Position numbers and translations under genes: made by a program
The notes under the pieces: generated by a model
Seen by the model: the letters and a program-made list of their open reading frames with translations, nothing else
Told to the model about the DNA's origin: nothing
The model's database searches: none
Shown: positions 1 through 10,168 of the stretch, piece after piece
Layout of the letters: each line of letters opens with the position of its first letter
How positions within the stretch are numbered: the stretch's first letter is position 1
Source of the DNA: an uncultured Gammaproteobacteria bacterium
Lineage (GTDB): Bacteria > Cyanobacteriota > Vampirovibrionia > Gastranaerophilales > CAZEDP01
DNA: 64,000 bases
Direction of reading: 5' to 3'
Assembly (NCBI GenBank): GCA_964643065.1
Contig: CAZXPD010000005.1
Span: forward strand, 8-64,007

Positions 1-1
1 G

Positions 2-388
2 ACAATAGTAACCGAGGAATTTAAGAAAAATTCAAGTCAGGAAATTAACAAAGAACTCCAGCTTCTTGACAGTCAAATTATGCAGTTGGAACTTCAGAGT
101 AAACAAATGCAAGATCAGCTGGCAAATGATTTTTCGGTATCAGAAAATGCACCTCAAATAAGACAGGCTATTAATGAAATATCTCAGAGACTCACACAGT
201 ACGCAGGTGTAAAACAAGAACTTTTACAGCAGAGAGAAAATATCAATGGTCTTGAGCCGGGCAACTTGATAAACACGGGAAATTTGGAAAATTATGTTGA
301 AATATCAGTCGGCGATAACATATACGAGAAGTATAAAACAGCCAGTATTATTGTTAAAGACGGTATAATACAGGAAATTAGAGAATAA
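2..388 (+). CDS. YlqD-family protein, 5'-truncated by window edge
   Basis: Frame 2 is open from base 2 (TIVTEEFKKNSSQEINKELQLLDSQIMQLELQ...). Coiled-coil N-part and C-terminal ENYVEISVGDN...IIVKDGIIQEIR are typical of YlqD. Lies directly upstream of rimM-trmD. Confidence 0.8.
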   Translation, partial: TIVTEEFKKNSSQEINKELQLLDSQIMQLELQSKQMQDQLANDFSVSENAPQIRQAINEISQRLTQYAGVKQELLQQRENINGLEPGNLINTGNLENYVEISVGDNIYEKYKTASIIVKDGIIQEIRE

Positions 389-403
389 ATTTTATAAAAA
401 AAC

Positions 404-925
404 ATGACTGAGAATCAAAAACTTCTATCAATAGGGAAAATTCTTAACTTTTGCGGATTATCCGGTGAAGTTAAGGCAGGTTATTCGGCAGACAAAAAAA
501 AGCTTATTGAGCACCTTAAAGCCATAACTGCCGTACAAAATAACAAAGAAATAAATTTGACAATAAAAGCCGTCAGATTCTACAAACAGCATGTTTATAT
601 CAAGTTCAATGAAATCAACTCAATTGAAGAAGCAATTGCGCTGAAAAATGCTTATTTGAAGATTTCAAAATCTAAAATAGAGCGATATCTTGATAAAGAT
701 GAATTTTTAATTGACGATTTATTGGATAAAGAAGTATTTGACATTAACAATAATCTTTTAGGTGTTGTAACAAATATAATCAACATTAAAGAAGAAGATT
801 TGATAGAGATAAAAACCCCTGAAGGAAAAGAAATCCTGGTTCCTTTTGTAAAAGAACTGGTACCGGAGATAAATTTAAAAGAAAACAAAATTAAAATTAA
901 TAATATTCCCGGTCTTATAAATTAA
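404..925 (+). CDS. rimM: 16S rRNA processing protein RimM
   Basis: IGKILNFCGLSGEVK N-motif, PRC-barrel C-terminus (EILVPFVKELVPEINL), adjacent to trmD. Confidence 0.95.
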   Translation: MTENQKLLSIGKILNFCGLSGEVKAGYSADKKKLIEHLKAITAVQNNKEINLTIKAVRFYKQHVYIKFNEINSIEEAIALKNAYLKISKSKIERYLDKDEFLIDDLLDKEVFDINNNLLGVVTNIINIKEEDLIEIKTPEGKEILVPFVKELVPEINLKENKIKINNIPGLIN

Positions 926-939
926 AAGGCTTTTTAACT

Positions 940-1683
940 ATGCGCTATGATGTAATAACCCTTTTTCCTGAAATTATTAGCAACTATTGCTCTTATAGTA
1001 TTTTAGGAAGAGCCGCAAACAAAAAGATTATAAAAGTGAACACAATAAACCCCAGAGACTTTGCGAAAGACAAACATAAAAAAGTTGACGACACTCCATA
1101 TGGCGGTGGAGCAGGCATGGTCCTCAAATGCGAACCGTTTTTTTCAGCATATGAGTCAATAAAAATTTTACCCGACAGCGCAACCGTTTTATTAACTCCT
1201 CAAGGAAAAGTATTTAATCAGCAAATTGCCGGCGAATTGAGCAAAAAATCCCAACTAATACTAATATGCGGGCACTATGAAGGTTTTGACGAAAGAATTA
1301 GGACGGGTATAAATCTCATAGAGCTGTCTTTAGGAGATTTCGTTCTTACCGGAGGAGAAATAGCCGCGCTAAGTGTTATTGATTCAACTGCAAGGCTAAT
1401 TCCGTCAGTGCTTGGCAAAGACGAATCTTTTCAAGACGATACTTTTTCAAGCGGACTATTAGAATATCCCCATTATACAAAACCGGCAAAATATAAAAAC
1501 ATGGAAGTGCCGGAGGTTTTATTATCGGGAAATCATAAAGAGATTGAAAAATGGCGGCGAAAAGAAGCAATCAAAAGAACCTATCATAAACGTCCGGACT
1601 TATTTAAACTTTTTATCCTACAAAACTTATCTAAAGAAGACAAAGAATTTATTAAAGAACTAAATCTGCAAGAGGAGAAATAA
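940..1683 (+). CDS. trmD: tRNA (guanine-N1)-methyltransferase
   Basis: VDDTPYGGGAGMV, CGHYEGFDER, SLGDFVLTGGE, LLEYPHYTKP motifs. Confidence 0.98.
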   Translation: MRYDVITLFPEIISNYCSYSILGRAANKKIIKVNTINPRDFAKDKHKKVDDTPYGGGAGMVLKCEPFFSAYESIKILPDSATVLLTPQGKVFNQQIAGELSKKSQLILICGHYEGFDERIRTGINLIELSLGDFVLTGGEIAALSVIDSTARLIPSVLGKDESFQDDTFSSGLLEYPHYTKPAKYKNMEVPEVLLSGNHKEIEKWRRKEAIKRTYHKRPDLFKLFILQNLSKEDKEFIKELNLQEEK

Positions 1684-1684
1684 A

Positions 1685-2533
1685 TTGGAAGTTTTGCAAG
1701 CATCAATAACAGGATTAGTACAGGGATTAACCGAATTTTTACCGATAAGCAGTTCAGGTCACCTTGTTCTAACTTCTTCCATCTTTAAATTAATTACAGG
1801 TAAGCCAATGACATCAGGTGGAGATGAAGAAATTTTCTTCGATATTATGCTGCATGTAGCGACGCTAATTGCTGTCTTTATTTACTTTAGGAAAGATATC
1901 AAACATCTTTCCGGTATTTTTATAAAATCTCTACAAAACAAAACGCTTAAAAAAGATAAAGAAGCTCAATTCCCTATTTTTATAGGAGTGGGTACTATGG
2001 CATCCGTTGCGGTTGCATATCCTTTAAAAGATTTTTTTGAGTCTCTTGTCTATAATCCCTCAGCAGTCGGTTTAATTCTGATTTTAACCGGAATTGTATT
2101 GTACTCTTCAGAGATTTTGGCTGAAAAGATAAAAAACAAAACAAATGAGCTTGACTTAAAAAAATCGCTAATTATAGGAATTTTTCAAGGTCTTGCCGTT
2201 GCTCCGGGTTTATCCAGATCCGGTTCGACAATTGCTGCGGGTTTGGCATGCGGCTTAGACAGGGTTAAAAGCGCACGATATTCATTTTTGCTCAGCGTTC
2301 CGATAATTATTCTTGCAGCTTTGTTTAACGCTTTTGGAATGACCGGCATTTTTGAAGTTTTAAAATTTAACTGGACAGCCATCCTTGCCGGTTGTCTAAT
2401 TTCGGGAATTTCAGGATATTACTGCATTAAATACCTTTTAATTTTTCTCTCAAAATACAAACTCAATGTTTTTGCTTATTATTGTTGGGCAGTAGGAATA
2501 TTTATGTTCTTTTTCTTTTCCAAGGTTCATTGA
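1685..2533 (+). CDS. uppP: undecaprenyl-diphosphate phosphatase (BacA/UppP)
   Basis: GLVQGLTEFLPISSSGHL and PGLSRSGST motifs, multiple TM segments, TTG start. Confidence 0.96.
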   Translation: MEVLQASITGLVQGLTEFLPISSSGHLVLTSSIFKLITGKPMTSGGDEEIFFDIMLHVATLIAVFIYFRKDIKHLSGIFIKSLQNKTLKKDKEAQFPIFIGVGTMASVAVAYPLKDFFESLVYNPSAVGLILILTGIVLYSSEILAEKIKNKTNELDLKKSLIIGIFQGLAVAPGLSRSGSTIAAGLACGLDRVKSARYSFLLSVPIIILAALFNAFGMTGIFEVLKFNWTAILAGCLISGISGYYCIKYLLIFLSKYKLNVFAYYCWAVGIFMFFFFSKVH

Positions 2534-2594
2534 TTCTTAATCAAAATCTGATTTTTATGCTAAAATTCCGGTAAATCAGTTCAGGTAAGAGTTT

Positions 2595-2927
2595 GTGAAA
2601 ATAAGAACAATATCTTTTCCCAATGTTTCAATGAGAGGAAAATATACAGGTTCTAATGAGCTGAAAATCCTGAGGGAATTTGTTATTAAGGAACTACCCG
2701 ATAATATATCTCTTACAACCAATATTAAAAGGAAATGTACAAGGTTAATAATTGAACTGGAAACAAAAAACCCTGATTTGATTCATACTTGGGAAGTTCG
2801 GACAAGGCTAAAGAATCTCACAAACAGTCAATACCAAATTATAGACGAAGTGAAGATAATTTTTTCAAAAGAATTAGATAGAATATACAATGATTTACTT
2901 GAACAAAACTATCAAAAACCTTTTTAA
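2595..2927 (+). CDS. hypothetical protein (leader-motif class, MKIRTISF...)
   Basis: 110-aa ORF filling the gap between uppP and surE. No recognisable domain. Confidence 0.6.
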   Translation: MKIRTISFPNVSMRGKYTGSNELKILREFVIKELPDNISLTTNIKRKCTRLIIELETKNPDLIHTWEVRTRLKNLTNSQYQIIDEVKIIFSKELDRIYNDLLEQNYQKPF

Positions 2928-2932
2928 AAACA

Positions 2933-2958
2933 GCTTAAAAACCCGCTTTTTTGGGTAT
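2933..2958 (+). promoter_or_regulatory. candidate SigB/SigF-type promoter for surE
   Basis: GCTTAA(2933-2938)-N14-GGGTAT(2953-2958) versus the B. subtilis sigmaB consensus GTTTAA-N12-14-GGGTAT. Confidence 0.35.
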
Positions 2959-3021
2959 AAATATATTGGTGCATTGGGTTATACTTAAATTATTAACACT
3001 GTTTATTGAAGAAAGGATTCC

Positions 3022-3798
3022 ATGAGAATATTATTAGCTAACGATGACGGAATACATGCGGCAGGGATTAGAACACTCGCCGAAAGGCTGTCTTTTGAAC
3101 ACAAGGTTTATGTAATCGCTCCTGATAGAGAAAGAAGTGCTACAGGACACGCATTAACACTTCATAAACCGCTAAGAATTGAAGAAATACCTTTTGACAG
3201 CGATGTTGTGAAAGCCTGGGAAACCACAGGAACACCCGGGGACTGTATAAAAATCGGCTTGAGTTGTATTCTTGAAGAAAAGCCCGATTTAATTATTTCA
3301 GGCATAAACCATGGTCCGAATTTGGGAGCTGATGTTCTGTATTCCGGAACAGTTAGTGCTGCTATGGAAGGCGCAGTTTTAGGACTTCCCAGTATTGCGG
3401 TATCTCTTGCCAACGGCGGCTGTCAATCAACAGATTTTATGTATGCAGCTGATTTCATTGTTCACTTTTTGCCAAAGATTAAAAATATTAATTTTCCGAA
3501 AAAAACCATATTAAATATTAATGTTCCTTCAATTGCCGCAAACGACATAAACGGAATCCAGATAACCAGGCTGGGAACAAGAATGTATACCGATACCTAC
3601 GAAAAAAGAATAGACCCGAGAGGCAAAGTATACTATTGGCTTGCAGGCGAAATTATAGAAACAGCCGAAGAGGAAGGCACAGATATTATGGCTATTAGAA
3701 ACAACAAAATATCTATTACTCCTGTTACATTTGAAATGACGCACAGGAGCATTATGCCCGAACTCGAAAAAGCCTTTTGCGACGGTACTTGTTATTAA
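3022..3798 (+). CDS. surE: 5'/3'-nucleotidase SurE
   Basis: ILLANDDG, APDRERSATGHALT, GTPGDC, SGINHGPNLGADVLYSGTVSAAMEG. Confidence 0.97.
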   Translation: MRILLANDDGIHAAGIRTLAERLSFEHKVYVIAPDRERSATGHALTLHKPLRIEEIPFDSDVVKAWETTGTPGDCIKIGLSCILEEKPDLIISGINHGPNLGADVLYSGTVSAAMEGAVLGLPSIAVSLANGGCQSTDFMYAADFIVHFLPKIKNINFPKKTILNINVPSIAANDINGIQITRLGTRMYTDTYEKRIDPRGKVYYWLAGEIIETAEEEGTDIMAIRNNKISITPVTFEMTHRSIMPELEKAFCDGTCY

Positions 3799-4226
3799 CT
3801 TTCTTTATTTTTAGAAGATTTTCTGCCTCTGCGGGAAAGTTTAATTCTGTTTTCCTGCTGAATTTCCGGAGATATGTCCAGGGAAGTTGCTATATTGTTT
3901 ACATGTTCAATATACTTATCTTCGGAAACTTTTAACTGAGAGAGCAAATTAAATATAATTTTAATACCTGCAAGATTTATACCGAGTTCTCTTGTCAGAT
4001 ACTGAATAAATTTACCTCTTTCAACTTCGCTTAGCGAGTATAACCTTCTGTTTTTAGGTGATCTTGACGGAACGAGTATCTTTTCATCATCATAAATTCT
4101 AAGCGTTCTCTGATGAACTTTAAGAATATCAGCTACAACACTAATGGGGAACATTGGTTTTTCAGGATCCAGCCCTTGTACATCAGAACCCTGAATGGTA
4201 CTAATGATCAAATTTTCTTTTTTCAT
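3795..4226 (-). CDS. MerR-family (HspR-like) transcriptional regulator
   Basis: PMFPISVVADILKVHQRTLRIYD...RSPKNRRLYS HTH followed by LTRELGINLAGIKII. Confidence 0.9.
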   Translation of the reverse strand: MKKENLIISTIQGSDVQGLDPEKPMFPISVVADILKVHQRTLRIYDDEKILVPSRSPKNRRLYSLSEVERGKFIQYLTRELGINLAGIKIIFNLLSQLKVSEDKYIEHVNNIATSLDISPEIQQENRIKLSRRGRKSSKNKES

Positions 4227-4429
4227 GTTCTTTCTTCCTTCTTACCCTTAGAGTATCACGCAATAAAATATCTCTTTAAATCCAACTTTTACTATATATC
4301 GGGTTTTAAACAACTTCAAACTGCTTAAAAAAGTTTTTTCCTATAACATATAAACATAAAAAGGAAAAAATAAAACATTTTTTTAAGTAGAAATGTAAAA
4401 TTTTAAATTTTATACTTCTAAAATATTAA

Positions 4430-5338
4430 TTAATGCTTTTTGACTTTTGTTGGCGGGATTATTAACACAGGACACATTGAATTGTCCAAAACTCTTTTAC
4501 TTACGCTTCCAAGCAAAAATTCTGAAACTCCGCTTCTGCCATGTGAGCCCATTACAACCAAATCTTTAGGGTTTTTTTCAATATAATCGATAATCATATC
4601 AGCAGAATCGCCTTCCAGAGAAATTTTTTCGTCAGATTTAATTTCCATTTGATTAAGCAAGTCCTCAGTTTTCTGCAAAATTTCACCGGCAACTTCCTTT
4701 TGTCTTTCAATGCAATCCTTTAGCCATTCGGTATCCATCGTTATTTCAACCGGAAAAGAATCTATACCGGCTCTTACGGTTAAAATTTCCACTTCCGAAT
4801 CTTTGAGGTCAAAGATTTCAGGAGCTTTGGTTACGGCATTATAAGAACATTCTGAACCGTCAACAGCAAAAAGAACTTTTTTGCTTGATTTTTTAGGAAG
4901 ACCTATCAGGTTTTTTGGCGGTCTTGCTATAAAAACAGGAGCTTGGGATTTTGTAACCACTACCCGGCTAACGCTGCCAAGCCATTTCCCAACCCCTTTT
5001 TTGCCATGCGAACCTAAAACAGCCAGTTCATAACCTTCGCTCTTAATCAGTTCCAGTATTTCATCAGCGGGTCTTCCGCTAAAGTAATGGGAGTCAGATA
5101 CTTTATAACCCTTTGATTCTATTAAAGCCTTTGTTCTTTCGAGAATTAATTCAGCCGCATTTTTTCTTTCGGGATAACCTACTTCCTCTTCCTGAGGAAA
5201 AGTAACATAAGTCGGCAAGAATCCCCAGTCCATGACATTTACAAGGTATATTTGAGAATCTTTGCTTAGAAAATTTAATGCTTTTTCGATTGCATAAAGA
5301 GACGCATCAGAACCGTCTGTACAAAATAATGCTTTCAC
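4430..5338 (-). CDS. tandem-domain universal stress protein
   Basis: Two USP repeats (LFCTDGS...VLGSHGKKG; LFAVDGS...VMGSHGRSGVSEFLLGSVSKRVL...PVLII). Confidence 0.93.
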   Translation of the reverse strand: MKALFCTDGSDASLYAIEKALNFLSKDSQIYLVNVMDWGFLPTYVTFPQEEEVGYPERKNAAELILERTKALIESKGYKVSDSHYFSGRPADEILELIKSEGYELAVLGSHGKKGVGKWLGSVSRVVVTKSQAPVFIARPPKNLIGLPKKSSKKVLFAVDGSECSYNAVTKAPEIFDLKDSEVEILTVRAGIDSFPVEITMDTEWLKDCIERQKEVAGEILQKTEDLLNQMEIKSDEKISLEGDSADMIIDYIEKNPKDLVVMGSHGRSGVSEFLLGSVSKRVLDNSMCPVLIIPPTKVKKH

Positions 5339-5628
5339 GTCTTTCTCCTTTCCTTAAACGTTTACTCAACATGATTATGATATCCTTTTTTTTGATATTT
5401 TACTATCTGTGGGATATTACCCGACCGGGTAAAGTTATAAAAATAAGCAGCAATTCAAGGAAATCAAAATCAGCAATCCTTGAAGTTTTTATACCACTTT
5501 GCAATTAATAAAGTAAGATTAACAAAGGCTATAAAGTGGTATGGCGTCAGCGGGAGCGTTAAAAAAGTGAAACGATGAGTTTTACTTTTTTAAAAGCTCA
5601 TTCCCATTAAATAATCAAACTTGTATAA

Positions 5629-6492
5629 TTAACTGCGAGCTATATCTATATGGGCTTTTTCTTTCTTTAAGGCATCCAAAACCCACGCAGGAACAAAATT
5701 TTTGCCAAAATTCTTTTTGTTCTCTTTTGGTCCATGGAAATCAGAACCGCCTGTAACAATTAGCCCATATTTTTCAGCAAGTGAAGAATAATATTCTACC
5801 ATCGCAGGAGAATGTTTCTTATGATAAACTTCAATACCCCGTAAACCATAGTTGATAAACTCTTTTATCAGACTTTCTATAATTTCTTTATCTCCGGGAT
5901 GAGCCACCACAGGGATACCTCCCGCCTCGTAAATAATTTCTATTGCTTCATGAGGAGCAACAGTTTTTCGTTTGATATAAGTCGGGGCTTCATCGTTCAA
6001 ATATTTTATGTATGCTTCTATAACATTTTTTGTACTGCCGGTATTAGTTAAAGCTCTTGCAATATGAGGTCTGCCGATACTACCGTCTTTCATAACAAGA
6101 GAAGTAATATCTTCCATCCTTATTCTAATACCTGGTTCTTTATTAAGTCTGTCAACAATTTTGATTGTCTGCTCATAGCGTGCTTTCTGCTGGTGTTTTA
6201 AAAGATCAAGAAAGGACTTTGAATCAAGGTCCATATAATATCCCAAAATATGAACTTCTATGTCCTTCCAAATTGTATTTATTTCAACACCGGGAATAAT
6301 ATCCGCAAGACCGACACCGTCTTCTTTAAGCCGCTTTTCAGAATAAGCCGTTGCGAGGGAATATGACAATATATTGTCATGGTCAGTAATCGAGATGGCA
6401 GAAATACCTAGCTCGATTGCTGTATCTACTATCTCCTCAGGCGATAAACTACCGTCGGAATAGATACTGTGAATATGCAGATCCGTTTTCAC
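5629..6492 (-). CDS. PHP-domain metal-dependent phosphoesterase (TrpH/YciV-like)
   Basis: DLHIHSIYSDG, ITDHD, PGVEI, HILGY, VAHP, TGGSDFHG. Confidence 0.93.
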   Translation of the reverse strand: MKTDLHIHSIYSDGSLSPEEIVDTAIELGISAISITDHDNILSYSLATAYSEKRLKEDGVGLADIIPGVEINTIWKDIEVHILGYYMDLDSKSFLDLLKHQQKARYEQTIKIVDRLNKEPGIRIRMEDITSLVMKDGSIGRPHIARALTNTGSTKNVIEAYIKYLNDEAPTYIKRKTVAPHEAIEIIYEAGGIPVVAHPGDKEIIESLIKEFINYGLRGIEVYHKKHSPAMVEYYSSLAEKYGLIVTGGSDFHGPKENKKNFGKNFVPAWVLDALKKEKAHIDIARS

Positions 6493-6510
6493 CTTATTAT
6501 CCTTTCATAT

Positions 6511-7317
6511 TTAACTTTCTCCTTTAAAATCGTAAATATTTCTAATTCTTTCAATTCTGTTTGAACATCCGGTTTGCGTATTAATCAATATTTCTACAGC
6601 GTTTACTTCTGTTTTTTCGGACATAACCACATCATATCTTTCAGGCAAACCGGTTGTAAGTCTTTTTAACGAACTTTCGGTTTCCATGCCTATTACTCCG
6701 TCATAAATTCCGCAAAAGCCGGCATCTGTTATATATGCACAACCGTTACCAAGGATTCTTTCATCGGATGTTTGGATGTGTGTATGAGTACCGATAACGG
6801 CACTTACACCCAATCTGTCGGCAAAATAGCCCATGGAAATCTTTTCTGCGGTTGCTTCGGCATGAAAATCTATTATCACAATATTAGTTTTTTCTTTGAT
6901 TAATTTTATCACTTTTTCAAGGCTTTCCCATGGCGAATCAATAGGGTTCATAAAAACCCTTCCTAACAGATTAATAACGCAGATTAAACAGCCGTTAACT
7001 TCAAAAAAATCGTATCCCTTGCCCGGAACTGAGCAAGGGTAATTTAGAGGTCTGATTAGTTTATCTGCTTTATGTATATAATTAAAAATTTCTTTTTTAT
7101 CCCAAATATGATTACCGGAAGTTAAAACATCTATACCGTAACCAAGCAAATCAAAATAGTTTTTTTCGGTCAGTCCGAAACCATGTGAAGCATTTTCAGC
7201 ATTAGCAATGATGAAATCGGGTTTTTCACCGATTTCATCAAGGTATTTTGCTGCTGAGTGGCGTCCCGGCCGTCCTACTATATCACCTAAGAACAGGACT
7301 TTGAGAAAGTTGTTCAT
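6511..7317 (-). CDS. ymdB: YmdB-family metallophosphoesterase (TIGR00282-like)
   Basis: [46 protein letters not shown] overlap with the rny stop. Confidence 0.93.
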   Translation of the reverse strand: MNNFLKVLFLGDIVGRPGRHSAAKYLDEIGEKPDFIIANAENASHGFGLTEKNYFDLLGYGIDVLTSGNHIWDKKEIFNYIHKADKLIRPLNYPCSVPGKGYDFFEVNGCLICVINLLGRVFMNPIDSPWESLEKVIKLIKEKTNIVIIDFHAEATAEKISMGYFADRLGVSAVIGTHTHIQTSDERILGNGCAYITDAGFCGIYDGVIGMETESSLKRLTTGLPERYDVVMSEKTEVNAVEILINTQTGCSNRIERIRNIYDFKGES

Positions 7318-8858
7318 TTTGCAATTTCCGTAGTCCTTATTTCTCTAACTACCGTTACTCTTATTTGACCCGGATAATCAAGTTCTGTTTCTATACGTTT
7401 TGCAATATCTCTGGCAAGCTTACTTGAAGCGACATCATCAAAAACAGTAGGTTGAACCATAACCCGGATCTCACGACCGGCTTGCACCGCAAAAGATCGT
7501 TTTATCCCTTCATAGCTCATAGCAATTTCTTCAAGTTTTTGAATACGCTTAATATAAATTTCCAGAGTATCACGCCTTGCTCCCGGTCTTCCGGCGCTCA
7601 TTGAGTCTGCAATTTTAACGAGAACCGCTTCGACGGAATTAGCTGCCACATCGTCATGATGGGCTTCTATCGCATGTATTACCGCTTCATTCTCACCATA
7701 GCGTCTTGCATACTCAACACCAAGCTGTATATGAGTACCTTCATGTGTTTGATCAACGGCTTTACCGATGTCATGAAGTATTCCGGCTCTTTTCGCCAAA
7801 TTAATATTCACGCCCAGTTCAGTTGCAAGCATGCCGGCAAGATGTCCAACCTCAATAGAGTGTTTAAGAACATTTTGTCCGTAGCTTGTTCTGTAATACA
7901 ACCGCCCGAGCATTTTTATCAATTCAGGATGAATGTTTATTATGCCCATTTCGAGCATTGCGGATTCGCCTTCTTTAAACATTCTTTCTTCAACTTCTTC
8001 CCGGGCTTTGGTAACCATATCTTCGATTCTGACCGGATGAATTCTGCCGTCGGTAATCAATTTTTCCAAAGCAGTTTTGGCAACTTCCCTTTTAACAGGG
8101 TCAAAGCACGATAACACAACCGCTTCAGGAGTATCATCAATGATTAAATCAACTCCTGTAAGTGTTTCTAAAGCTCTTATATTTCTGCCTTCTCTGCCTA
8201 TAATTCTTCCTTTCATTTCATCATTCGGAAGATTGACAACTGATACCGTAGATTCAACAACCTGATCTATAACACATCTTTGCATTGATTCTGAAATAAT
8301 TTCGCGAGCCTTTGAATTAGAGGTTTCTTTAATATAGACTTCATTTTCGCGAATAAGCTGAGCTGCTTCCATCTTAAGCTCATCTTCAAGCTGCCTCAAA
8401 AGCAAAGCCTTTCCTTCTTCGGCAGTAATACCGGAAATTCTCTCAAGTTCTCTCAGCTGTTTTTCGACCAGTTCGGCAAGATAATCTTCTTTATCACAGA
8501 GTTCATCGAGTTTTTTTGCTAGGTCTTGTTCTTTTTGACTAACCGTATTGGATTTTAACTCAAGATTTTCCTCTTTTTGAAGAAGTCTCTGCTCTAGTCT
8601 TGCAAGTTCTGTTTTTCTTTCCCTGATTTCGTTTTCGAATTCCTGTCTTTGGTTATGAAGGGCTTCTTTGGCTGAAATCAGTGCTTCTTTACGTTGAAGC
8701 TTTATTTGTTCCTCTGCTTCTGCTGATTTTCTTGAAGCTTCGGCTCGAATTTGCTCTACCTGAGAACTTTTGACTTTTAATTGAAAGTGAAGATATATTA
8801 TATAGGTTATTAGTGCAACTACGGTTACTGATATTATTATTTGACCGATATTTTCGAT
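7314..8858 (-). CDS. rny: ribonuclease Y (514 aa from inferred non-canonical ATC start)
   Basis: KH ([13 protein letters not shown]) and HD (LHDIGK) domains. The frame stays open 151 codons upstream of the track's TTG at 8405 and encodes the coiled coil and N-terminal TM helix ([24 protein letters not shown]). The start position is less certain than the identity. Confidence 0.95.
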   Translation of the reverse strand: MENIGQIIISVTVVALITYIIYLHFQLKVKSSQVEQIRAEASRKSAEAEEQIKLQRKEALISAKEALHNQRQEFENEIRERKTELARLEQRLLQKEENLELKSNTVSQKEQDLAKKLDELCDKEDYLAELVEKQLRELERISGITAEEGKALLLRQLEDELKMEAAQLIRENEVYIKETSNSKAREIISESMQRCVIDQVVESTVSVVNLPNDEMKGRIIGREGRNIRALETLTGVDLIIDDTPEAVVLSCFDPVKREVAKTALEKLITDGRIHPVRIEDMVTKAREEVEERMFKEGESAMLEMGIINIHPELIKMLGRLYYRTSYGQNVLKHSIEVGHLAGMLATELGVNINLAKRAGILHDIGKAVDQTHEGTHIQLGVEYARRYGENEAVIHAIEAHHDDVAANSVEAVLVKIADSMSAGRPGARRDTLEIYIKRIQKLEEIAMSYEGIKRSFAVQAGREIRVMVQPTVFDDVASSKLARDIAKRIETELDYPGQIRVTVVREIRTTEIAK

Positions 8859-8880
8859 TGTCCTATACCTCGTATTTCTT

Positions 8881-8910
8881 ATTGTAACGACATTTGGTGC
8901 GGACAGTCAA
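8881..8910 (-). promoter_or_regulatory. sigma70-type promoter of rny-ymdB-PHP
   Basis: On the minus strand TTGACT(8910-8905)-N18-TACAAT(8886-8881), followed by SD GAGGT (8871-8867). Confidence 0.7.
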
Positions 8911-9030
8911 AAAGGACACTATCGATCCTAGCAATTACAATATTATCATATAATGTAATTTTTCACCAACCAATAAAATATTATTTGCCCGCTTTGTCGG
9001 TCATTTATTGATAATTGAGATAAATTGTTA

Positions 9031-10089
9031 TCATTCTTCGGATATTGTGTCGGATACAGCTGCTGACGTCGTTGAATTTATATTTTCTCTTATTTTAGTT
9101 TCAATTTCAGCTAATATATCAGGATTTGCGGTTAAAAATTCTTTTACTTTTTCTTTGCCTTGTCCGATTTTTGAATCACCGTAGCTGAACCATGCACCTG
9201 ACTTGTTAATGATATTCATAATCGTTGCTACATCAATAATGCAGCCGATTTTTGAAATACCTTCGCCGTATATAATATCAAATTCAGCCAATCTGAAAGG
9301 CGGAGCAACTTTATTTTTAACAACTTTAACTCTTGTTCTGTTGCCAAATTCCTGTCCGTCTTTCTTTAAGGTTTCTATTCTTCTGATATCAAGCCTTACG
9401 CTTGCATAATACTTAAGAGCATTTCCACCGGTAGTAGTTTCGGGGTTGCCGAACATAATGCCGATTTTTTGTCTGAGCTGATTTATAAATATTATTGTCG
9501 TTTTAGTTTTGCTGACAATGGCAGTCAGCTTTCTCAAAGCCTGACTCATAAGCCTTGCCTGAAGACCCATATGGCTGTCTCCCATTTCCCCTTCGATTTC
9601 TGCGCGGGGGACGAGAGCGGCAACTGAGTCTATTACTATAACGTCAATAGCACCGGATCTTACAAGCTCCTCAGCTATATCAAGAGCTTGTTCTCCTGTA
9701 TCAGGCTGGCTTATAAGAAGTTCATCAACTTTTACGCCCAGTTTTCTCGCATAATCAGGATCAAGGGCATGCTCTGCATCAATGAATGCACATATACCGC
9801 CTTGTTTTTGAGCTTCAGCTACGATATGCTGGGCAAGTGTTGTTTTGCCGCTGCTTTCAGGACCGTATATTTCGATAATTCTGCCTCTCGGCACTCCGCC
9901 TACGCCTAATGCGATGTCTAATGAAAGGGCTCCTGTTGGAATTGAATCTACGTTTAATGTGACTTTATCGCCAAGGCGCATAATAGAGCCTTTGCCGAAG
10001 TCTTTTTCTATTTTGTCTATCGCGTTTTCAAGAGCTTTTTTCCGTTCTTTGGAGGCTTCATCAACTTTTGATTTTTCTTCAACAACCAT
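9031..10089 (-). CDS. recA: recombinase RecA
   Basis: [51 protein letters not shown]. Confidence 0.99.
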   Translation of the reverse strand: MVVEEKSKVDEASKERKKALENAIDKIEKDFGKGSIMRLGDKVTLNVDSIPTGALSLDIALGVGGVPRGRIIEIYGPESSGKTTLAQHIVAEAQKQGGICAFIDAEHALDPDYARKLGVKVDELLISQPDTGEQALDIAEELVRSGAIDVIVIDSVAALVPRAEIEGEMGDSHMGLQARLMSQALRKLTAIVSKTKTTIIFINQLRQKIGIMFGNPETTTGGNALKYYASVRLDIRRIETLKKDGQEFGNRTRVKVVKNKVAPPFRLAEFDIIYGEGISKIGCIIDVATIMNIINKSGAWFSYGDSKIGQGKEKVKEFLTANPDILAEIETKIRENINSTTSAAVSDTISEE

Positions 10090-10168
10090 TTTTTACCCCG
10101 AATATTAATTTCTTAATCCTTTATATTATAGCTTAAAGCAGTTAATAACCAAAAAGGAAGTTTTTAGT

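Noticed and set aside
4227-4330. HAIR operator (CTTGAGT-N7-ACTCAAG) for the HspR-like regulator
   Set aside because: Only a half-site-like TTAGAGT and a weak AGAG..CTCT dyad are present, and no dnaK/clpB genes are nearby.
7314-8858. rny as a frameshifted pseudogene
   Set aside because: A single uninterrupted frame spans TM, coiled coil, KH and HD domains. Only the start codon is atypical.
10090-10168. LexA/SOS box upstream of recA
   Set aside because: No match to the cyanobacterial RGTAC-N3-DGTWC or Firmicutes GAAC-N4-GTTC boxes was seen.
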